Shown here: positions 58,381 through 64,000 of the stretch, in pieces
Layout of the letters: every line of letters begins with the position of its first letter
Position numbering within the stretch: position 1 is the stretch's first letter
IMG/VR virus record: IMGVR_UViG_3300032050_000049
Coordinates: 30,621 to 94,620 of that record
Origin: a virus
Lineage: Duplodnaviria > Heunggongvirae > Uroviricota > Caudoviricetes
Strand: one strand, 5' to 3'
DNA length: 64,000 nt
The notes under the pieces: generated by a model
Databases searched by the model: none
Told to the model about the DNA's origin: nothing
Seen by the model: the letters and a program-made list of their open reading frames with translations, nothing else
Program-made: the position numbers and the translations under genes

Positions 58381-59406
58381 TCAACGTATATAATAAAGAA
58401 CACGTTGCAAAACATATTGATAGGTATCAAACCATTTTTTATTACCCAACTGATATTTTGGTATCTTACTCAAGTCAATTGATTCACTATAAATTGCATA
58501 TGAACTTAAATAAGCATCATTACAATTGGCGTGTTGTTCATAATGATTAGGCATTGGTATCATCAACAATGGTTTGTTTTGATATATAGCTTCAGCACTT
58601 GTTTCAAATCCACCACTACATACTACTGCCTTACATACCTTCATCTTTTCTTGAAATAGTTTACCATCAAGATTAAATAATTTTAAATTTGGTAGTTCAT
58701 CATATTGTTTGGTTAATTTGGTAAAACAATGAATATTGATATCTGGATATTTTTTTGCTTGATTAATCAATTGCGGTAACATATCTTCATTCATTAGATA
58801 TACCAACACAAAGTCTTCTTGTTTGTGTGATACACTATAACTTTCACTTCTTAATATTGGAGGACTTGCAATCATAACATCATCATTAAATTCATAATAA
58901 CTTAATGCTACGATTTTGGATCTGATACTAGTGATTTTGTTTATGATATTTAAAAATAACTTTTGTACAGGATATCCATTGATTCGTGGATATATAATAG
59001 AATCCATTGCGTATTGATGTCCAAAGCTTACATACTTTATGTTTTTAAAGAATAATGCGGTTAGACCTACCAGTGGTTCATAATAGTTGAATATAGCATC
59101 TGGTTTTTCTTTTTGGATGATGCTACAGATTTTAATGAATGATACAATTAAGCGTGGTAATTCAAATGTGTTGTTCAATATGGTTTTCCAGATAACAACT
59201 CTACCTACACTATCAAATACAAAATCAAATCCATCATAGTCTACTACGTTAAATTCGTCTGTAAAATATTTAGATAACCCCCGTTTCTTTTTAGCTGCAA
59301 AAGCAGTTGTTACCTCAATGCCTTGCGATTGTAGATATTGTTTGGTTGCTATAGCTTGTGTAATGTGTCCATTACCTTCAGTTTGAACTCCGAATAATAT
59401 CTTCAT
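58381..59406 (-). CDS. GT28-family glycosyltransferase (UgtP/MGDG-synthase-like diacylglycerol glycosyltransferase)
   Basis: N-terminal 'QTEGNGHITQAIATKQYL' against UgtP 'ANYGNGHVQVAKTLYEQ'. C-terminal GT-B motif 'VCSGGFETSAEAIYQNKPLLMIPMPNHYEQHANCN'. Confidence 0.65.
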   Translation of the reverse strand: MKILFGVQTEGNGHITQAIATKQYLQSQGIEVTTAFAAKKKRGLSKYFTDEFNVVDYDGFDFVFDSVGRVVIWKTILNNTFELPRLIVSFIKICSIIQKEKPDAIFNYYEPLVGLTALFFKNIKYVSFGHQYAMDSIIYPRINGYPVQKLFLNIINKITSIRSKIVALSYYEFNDDVMIASPPILRSESYSVSHKQEDFVLVYLMNEDMLPQLINQAKKYPDINIHCFTKLTKQYDELPNLKLFNLDGKLFQEKMKVCKAVVCSGGFETSAEAIYQNKPLLMIPMPNHYEQHANCNDAYLSSYAIYSESIDLSKIPKYQLGNKKWFDTYQYVLQRVLYYIR

Positions 59407-60113
59407 AATTTGATTAGTTTTATGTCACCTTCTAATGTCTCAATTATATACGATGTATTTTCTCCAACAATAAAACTACCACAATTGTAATAGTTTATAC
59501 CATCAATAATGGTACATTCTGGTTTGTGTATATGACCGCATAAAATACTATCGTGTCCACTATTTTTACAATAGTGTACAACGGTAGCTTCATAATTGCC
59601 TATGTACTTAACTGCTTCTTTTGCTTTTTGTTTGAGAAAGTTACTGAAGCTAAATTTGAATATTCTAAATAGTTTATTTACCGACAAACTATAATCGTAT
59701 ATTACTGAACCAATATGTTGTATCCACTTATTTTTGGTTACTAATCCATCAAATTGATCTCCGTGAATAATTAATATTCTTTCGTTTTTTAATGTGGTAT
59801 GAGTGATTTCTCTTACAACTTGTATATTATCGCCAAAGTATATGTCATTGAATGGTTCGATAAAGTCATCGTGGTTACCCCAAATATAATATACTTTGGT
59901 TCCTTTACGACTCATACGCAATATTTTTTGCAATATTGTGTTATAATTGCTATGCCACTTAAACTTTCTACTCAATAACCAACCATCAATAAAATCACCT
60001 ACAATATACAAATATTCACATTCAACTTCACTTAATAGTTTCAATAATTTTTCGTGGTTACAAAAATCACTACCTATATGACAATCACTTATAAATAATG
60101 TGCGTACTTTCAT
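59403..60113 (-). CDS. LpxH-family metallophosphoesterase (UDP-2,3-diacylglucosamine hydrolase-like)
   Basis: Collinear LpxH motifs 'TLFISDCHIG', 'YIVGDFIDGW', 'YIWGNHDDF', 'LIIHGDQFDG', 'LCGHIHKP'. Confidence 0.7.
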   Translation of the reverse strand: MKVRTLFISDCHIGSDFCNHEKLLKLLSEVECEYLYIVGDFIDGWLLSRKFKWHSNYNTILQKILRMSRKGTKVYYIWGNHDDFIEPFNDIYFGDNIQVVREITHTTLKNERILIIHGDQFDGLVTKNKWIQHIGSVIYDYSLSVNKLFRIFKFSFSNFLKQKAKEAVKYIGNYEATVVHYCKNSGHDSILCGHIHKPECTIIDGINYYNCGSFIVGENTSYIIETLEGDIKLIKL

Positions 60114-60144
60114 TATTTATAAATATTCATACACTTGTTACAGA

Positions 60145-60546
60145 CTAGTTACGATTTTTTCGGAACTGGCAATCGGTCATCCAGCAATCGCAATGGATAC
60201 ATTCTCCATTGTGGTCTGGTTTGCATGGCAATTGAAAGATATTACCAATCACTTCTAAATTTTCTGAAAGTAAATTACAAAATGGAATGCTTTCTTTACC
60301 ATTTTCAGTAATAGCCCATCCAAAGTCTTTTGATACAACTTCAGCAGCATATCTTACATCATACTTATCGTAAGTTGCTTTATTATAAATAATATCCCCT
60401 TGGTAAATTTCTTTACCATTTTTATCTTTTAAGCCGGTAAACCATTGAATAGTTCTACCTTGTTTCTTAAATTCTTCATATGGATAACAAGTAATTGGAG
60501 ATTCATCCCAACAATTGTATTTTTCGTCCCAAGCTCTGTATTTCAT
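60145..60546 (-). CDS. YopX-domain protein
   Basis: 'MKYRAWD...FTGLKDKNGKEIYQGDII...VIGNIFQ'. Confidence 0.65.
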   Translation of the reverse strand: MKYRAWDEKYNCWDESPITCYPYEEFKKQGRTIQWFTGLKDKNGKEIYQGDIIYNKATYDKYDVRYAAEVVSKDFGWAITENGKESIPFCNLLSENLEVIGNIFQLPCKPDHNGECIHCDCWMTDCQFRKNRN

Positions 60547-60547
60547 A

Positions 60548-60883
60548 TTATTTCTTTGTTTTCTTTAATGTTTGATGAATATTACCCACAACAAGTAGAT
60601 CTTCATCAAACATTGCTAGAGGAAATTCATCTAAATACCACCCATAACTATCCCAGATTACATTACTATAATGGTTTTTACGCCCAAACTTTTGTCTGAC
60701 GATATCACCTTCGAAGATTCTAGTGCCTTTGATATCATTTAGTCCAGTATATTCTTCAATGATGGTTTCATTGCGATTAAAGCATTGTGCTAGATGTGCA
60801 GTACCTTCACAACCATAAAGAGAACCAGTCATAGTGTACTTGTTTTCTTTGATGTTAAAGATTCTGTAAATGAATTGTCTCAT
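60548..60883 (-). CDS. YopX-domain protein
   Basis: 'YTGLNDIKGTRIFEGDIV...VVGNIHQ'. Confidence 0.6.
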   Translation of the reverse strand: MRQFIYRIFNIKENKYTMTGSLYGCEGTAHLAQCFNRNETIIEEYTGLNDIKGTRIFEGDIVRQKFGRKNHYSNVIWDSYGWYLDEFPLAMFDEDLLVVGNIHQTLKKTKK

Positions 60884-61254
60884 AGTAGTTTTAGATGTTT
60901 AGTGACTGGATCTATAATGGAACTATAATTAGGTCCAATAGATATACAAGTGATAGTAGGTTCATCAAACAAGTCATTTTCTTGAATATAATAAACTTTT
61001 AGTCCAATAGCAACAGCTTGATGTCCAATATCAAGCAATTCTTTTTCATCCTTTGCTGCTAAACAAACCTTATAGAAGGTTCCGTTAATCCATTGTTCTT
61101 CACACTTATAGAATGGAATAATATCGTCGGGATATGCTCTGACTAGATTGGTTAAGAAAGCAATACTTGCGTGAGCACCTTGAACAACCATTTGTCCTTT
61201 GCTCAATTTTATATCCTTACGAAACACAATAACTTGTTTTACTTTATCGTTCAT
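60880..61254 (-). CDS. Peptidyl-tRNA hydrolase, PTH2 family
   Basis: 'KQVIVFRKDIKLSKGQMVVQGAHAS' against PTH2 '[25 protein letters not shown]'; 'ISIGPN...IDPVTKHLKLL' against 'LGIGPG..DLIDKVTGHLKLY'. Confidence 0.75.
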   Translation of the reverse strand: MNDKVKQVIVFRKDIKLSKGQMVVQGAHASIAFLTNLVRAYPDDIIPFYKCEEQWINGTFYKVCLAAKDEKELLDIGHQAVAIGLKVYYIQENDLFDEPTITCISIGPNYSSIIDPVTKHLKLL

Positions 61255-61453
61255 TTTTTACTTTAATTGGATATAACCAAAATTCGTTATTACACACTTC
61301 ACATTTGGCTTTTGACATTCTGGTATGATCGTTTGGGTCACTTACAATATTAACCAATTCACCTTCAAGTGCTTCAAATTTGGAACTGCAATTATAACAA
61401 TCACCAACCCACACTCTTTGTTCTGGAGGAGTGCCTCGTTTGATACATTTCAT
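61244..61453 (-). CDS. Zinc-ribbon small protein
   Basis: CYNC...CEVC. Confidence 0.4.
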   Translation of the reverse strand: MKCIKRGTPPEQRVWVGDCYNCSSKFEALEGELVNIVSDPNDHTRMSKAKCEVCNNEFWLYPIKVKNER

Positions 61454-61456
61454 ATA

Positions 61457-61897
61457 TTAGTGTCCTTTACTATTATCAATTTTGACGGGAGCAGTTAGTA
61501 TTTCTTTATTTTTGTTATAATTGCCTAGATACTTGTATTCACGTTGAACAAATTGTAGAACACCACCGGTTCGTTCATATACCATAAAGCCAAAGTGTTC
61601 ATATACGACTCTACCAATGGTAGTTTTGATACCTAGAGGTAGTTCAACGATATCACCCTCATATAGATATTCACCGTTTGTGGCTTTAAAGCCGGTACAC
61701 AGTTCAATTTTATAAGCTTCTTGGTCTACATCACATTTTGATGCATCGTCTTGATTAGTACCAATAGATGTTACAAAGTCAACAAGATTACCATTAGGGT
61801 CTAGGTAATAGTTTGATGTGCAATGTAGTGATGAACCGGGATATTCAGGTTCGTGAGTATAACATTCAGCATTTTTGCTCCAGATACGATATTTCAT
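61457..61897 (-). CDS. YopX-domain protein
   Basis: 'MKYRIW...CTGFKATNGEYLYEGDIV'. Confidence 0.6.
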   Translation of the reverse strand: MKYRIWSKNAECYTHEPEYPGSSLHCTSNYYLDPNGNLVDFVTSIGTNQDDASKCDVDQEAYKIELCTGFKATNGEYLYEGDIVELPLGIKTTIGRVVYEHFGFMVYERTGGVLQFVQREYKYLGNYNKNKEILTAPVKIDNSKGH

Positions 61898-61900
61898 AAA

Positions 61901-62158
61901 TTAATAACCAGTTTGTCTAGTGACACTAAACCCAAATCCAAACAATGTCAACTCAAAATAAGTCCAAACATCATCTTTTCGATAACTTAGTGTGGTATTG
62001 AAGTTTACATCAATAAATTTTGTTGCATAGTTGTTTATCCAAGCGTCACCGGGTTTAGTTCCAAATTTGATTATGGGTAGATGAAGATGAATTTCAAAGA
62101 TATCAAATAGGTCTTCTTTATTTTTTTTAGAGTATAAGCGCATATATTTTATCTCCAA
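61901..62158 (-). CDS. Hypothetical protein (85 aa)
   Basis: ORF. Confidence 0.4.
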   Translation of the reverse strand: MEIKYMRLYSKKNKEDLFDIFEIHLHLPIIKFGTKPGDAWINNYATKFIDVNFNTTLSYRKDDVWTYFELTLFGFGFSVTRQTGY

Positions 62159-62496
62159 GTTCTATGTTCTTCCGCAATATATTCTCCCCCACCTTGTTCA
62201 CGGTTGTCAATATACCATTTGATACCATCTGGTATTTCGACTACTTTAAGTTTGCAACGTTTTCCGTGACTTGATTTTTCACCCAGAGTTTCTACAACTT
62301 TTACAAGATCTGGGTCACTTCTGTCGAATGTCCATTCATCAATTATATTTTCTTCACTTTCTTCATTTTTATAGAAATCCCTATAAACATCATTTCCATC
62401 TTTAATTAGATTATAACCTTTAAATTTAGCGTATAAAGCATGAGCTTCATCACTTAATCTAAAAGCTCCATAGCTTGAGTTGATAACCACTTTCAT
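62149..62496 (-). CDS. Hypothetical protein (115 aa)
   Basis: ORF with promoter motif. Confidence 0.45.
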   Translation of the reverse strand: MKVVINSSYGAFRLSDEAHALYAKFKGYNLIKDGNDVYRDFYKNEESEENIIDEWTFDRSDPDLVKVVETLGEKSSHGKRCKLKVVEIPDGIKWYIDNREQGGGEYIAEEHRTWR

Positions 62497-62532
62497 AGTC
62501 TTACTTTACCACGGGTTTTTATGAAAGTCAAG
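62494..62532 (-). promoter_or_regulatory. Promoter TTGACT-17-TAAAGT
   Basis: CTTGACTT TCATAAAAACCCGTGG TAAAGT AAGACT ATG. Confidence 0.55.
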
Positions 62533-62737
62533 TGTTAGTTTTTTTACCACCGCCTTGATTTATCCATTTGTGTAGGTCATCTAGTTTAGCTTTTAGCTCT
62601 ACATTTTCTGCTTGTAGAGTAGTGGCTTTCAGCATTAGAGCTTGGTAGTCTAATTGTAGTTGATAGTGTGTTTCTCTGATTGACTTGGTTAGGTCAATTA
62701 CATCTGGTTGTTTAGTTGGTAGATTCATATAGGTCAT
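62528..62737 (-). CDS. Coiled-coil small protein
   Basis: Heptad-like 'LQLDYQALMLKATTLQAENVELKAKLDDL'. Confidence 0.4.
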   Translation of the reverse strand: MTYMNLPTKQPDVIDLTKSIRETHYQLQLDYQALMLKATTLQAENVELKAKLDDLHKWINQGGGKKTNT

Positions 62738-63086
62738 TATCTTTGATTATAATTTTTGCATTAACAAAGTCAGACTTTTTGAAAAGAAATACTTTTTGCA
62801 CCATAATATATTCACTTGAATTGTCTTTTAGTTGTTCATTAATATTTGAAATTACCTCTTGATATACTTTAATTGATTTATTTTTTTGTTCAAGAAAAAC
62901 TACATTATCGTCACTTTCAATATTTTCATATTGTCTGTATTCGTGATAACCATCAGTATCTAGTTGATTGTAGGTAATATGTAAAGATACATTGGCTCTA
63001 TATTTAGCTAAATAATAGTTATTTTTCGGTTGTTCTACCGGCGTTGTTTCTGGTTTCTTGAATAGATTCTTTAGATAGTTTATCAT
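62712..63086 (-). CDS. Hypothetical protein (124 aa)
   Basis: ORF. Confidence 0.4.
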   Translation of the reverse strand: MINYLKNLFKKPETTPVEQPKNNYYLAKYRANVSLHITYNQLDTDGYHEYRQYENIESDDNVVFLEQKNKSIKVYQEVISNINEQLKDNSSEYIMVQKVFLFKKSDFVNAKIIIKDNDLYESTN

Positions 63087-63216
63087 ATAACTCTTGTGCT
63101 TGTTTGGACAATGGTAACACTTGTTTTAGTTGTTGTAAAGCAGTAAGTTCATCTTTTAATGGATTATTTAGTCTATCTTGTAGTGTTGGCCATTGAGGTT
63201 TATTCATAATGATATT

Positions 63217-63405
63217 TCACTCAATAATTGGAGCGCCGATTAGTATACCAAATCCAAAAAATAAATTAATTATTGATATTACCAAACAGGCAAAAGATGT
63301 CCAATATAGATTTGTAGTGTCTGCTACTATACCGGCTGTCAATAAAAACAGAAATCCTAGTATAATCATTAAGTAGCTTTTTGGTTTATTATTCATATTC
63401 TTCAT
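63217..63405 (-). CDS. Small membrane protein
   Basis: Two hydrophobic helices. Confidence 0.35.
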   Translation of the reverse strand: MKNMNNKPKSYLMIILGFLFLLTAGIVADTTNLYWTSFACLVISIINLFFGFGILIGAPIIE

Positions 63406-63769
63406 GCATTCCTATTTCAATTGCAATGAATTGGTTTTTGTGGATGACAAGTACATCTGCAAAATTGAATATATCTGTATCTGATATTGTATCAAGTTTT
63501 TGGTATGTTTGCGTACCTATTGTTTGTAGTTTTTTATATGATACTTTGGCTTCTTCTTCAGTATAGTTTTTATAGTAGAGTCTTTTTTTGTTCATCAGGT
63601 CTGTTCCTACGCCGCAGTATGTTAATACTAGAGTGCTGACATAGACTTTCTTTTTGGTTGCGTTTTCTTTAGCTTGGTTGCGTTGGTATAGTGCGGCACC
63701 AACAAAATATAGTGGTATTGCTGCAATTACAAGTAGTAGAAAACCGCCTAATATATATAATTCTAACAT
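63389..63769 (-). CDS. Membrane-anchored hypothetical protein
   Basis: N-terminal TM segment. Confidence 0.4.
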   Translation of the reverse strand: MLELYILGGFLLLVIAAIPLYFVGAALYQRNQAKENATKKKVYVSTLVLTYCGVGTDLMNKKRLYYKNYTEEEAKVSYKKLQTIGTQTYQKLDTISDTDIFNFADVLVIHKNQFIAIEIGMHEEYE

Positions 63770-63780
63770 ATTATGATTTT

Positions 63781-63969
63781 TTAATGGGCTTTACCATTAG
63801 GATTGCATTTACCACACGGATTATAATATCCGTCATAAGTGACATAATATTTATTTCCTTCACAAATGTTGCATTCTTCAGATTTGTTTTCTGCTTTAGC
63901 GTCTTCCAAATCTTTTAAATATTTTTCTGATAATTCTGTGATATACTTGAGTTCATCTATATCGAACAC
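63781..63969 (-). CDS. Zinc-ribbon small protein
   Basis: 'CNICEGN...CGKCNPNG'. Confidence 0.4.
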   Translation of the reverse strand: MFDIDELKYITELSEKYLKDLEDAKAENKSEECNICEGNKYYVTYDGYYNPCGKCNPNGKAH

Positions 63970-64000
63970 TCCGTTTAATTCTATGCATTTATTATTAATA

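Noticed and set aside
1-64000. Eukaryotic giant-virus origin (collagen repeats, sulfotransferase, glycosyltransferases, Pth2, AT-richness)
   Set aside because: The window has sigma70-type promoters, T-tract intrinsic terminators, lipoboxes, a prepilin-like leader and LpxH- and T4-Pnk-like genes. Many 60-130-aa overlapping genes are also present. This indicates a bacteriophage.
1-64000. CRISPR arrays, tRNA or rRNA genes
   Set aside because: Intergenic gaps are short (mostly under 100 bp). No cloverleaf-compatible segments and no spacer-repeat periodicity were seen. All long tandem repeats are in-frame coding repeats.

Overview
The window is a densely packed, AT-rich (about one-third GC) stretch of a large tailed-bacteriophage genome, not a cellular chromosome. 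No rRNA, tRNA or CRISPR array was found. Positions 1-29315 form one plus-strand, late-type block of giant modular fibre or adhesin genes. These genes carry collagen-like Gly-X-Y runs, LamG (concanavalin A-like) lectin domains, long tandem peptide repeats and glycine-rich solenoid-like domains. The block includes a tandem triplet of LamG paralogs, a five-member Gly-rich paralog family, and a 1207-aa fibre protein with two cupredoxin-like domains. Positions 29312-64000 run almost entirely on the minus strand and hold early or middle-type genes. They encode thymidylate synthase, DHFR, dCMP deaminase, a T7-sized ATP-dependent DNA ligase and a tRNA/RNA-repair toolkit. That toolkit comprises an Rnl1-like and a DRB0094-like RNA ligase, a T4 Pnk-like kinase plus a metallophosphoesterase, a CCA-adding-like nucleotidyltransferase and a Pth2 peptidyl-tRNA hydrolase. 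The same arm also carries three metallophosphoesterases, a free-standing GIY-YIG homing endonuclease convergently overlapping thyA, and a YhbQ-like GIY-YIG protein. Further genes are three YopX paralogs, a DUF262/ParB-like protein and an SPFH lipoprotein. An envelope and glycan-modification set is present too: an APS kinase (with a sulfotransferase elsewhere in the window), two DxD glycosyltransferases, a UgtP/MGDG-synthase-like GT28, an LpxH-like hydrolase, a type-IV-pilin-like protein and secreted proteins. Many minus-strand genes are preceded by a recurrent sigma70-like motif (TTGAC[TA]-N17-TAAnnT) only 6-10 nt from the ATG, implying leaderless or near-leaderless mRNAs. Several genes end in a shared family of CCCCAC..GTGGGG rho-independent terminators. 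Shine-Dalgarno sequences are mostly absent. The host cannot be assigned from the sequence alone.
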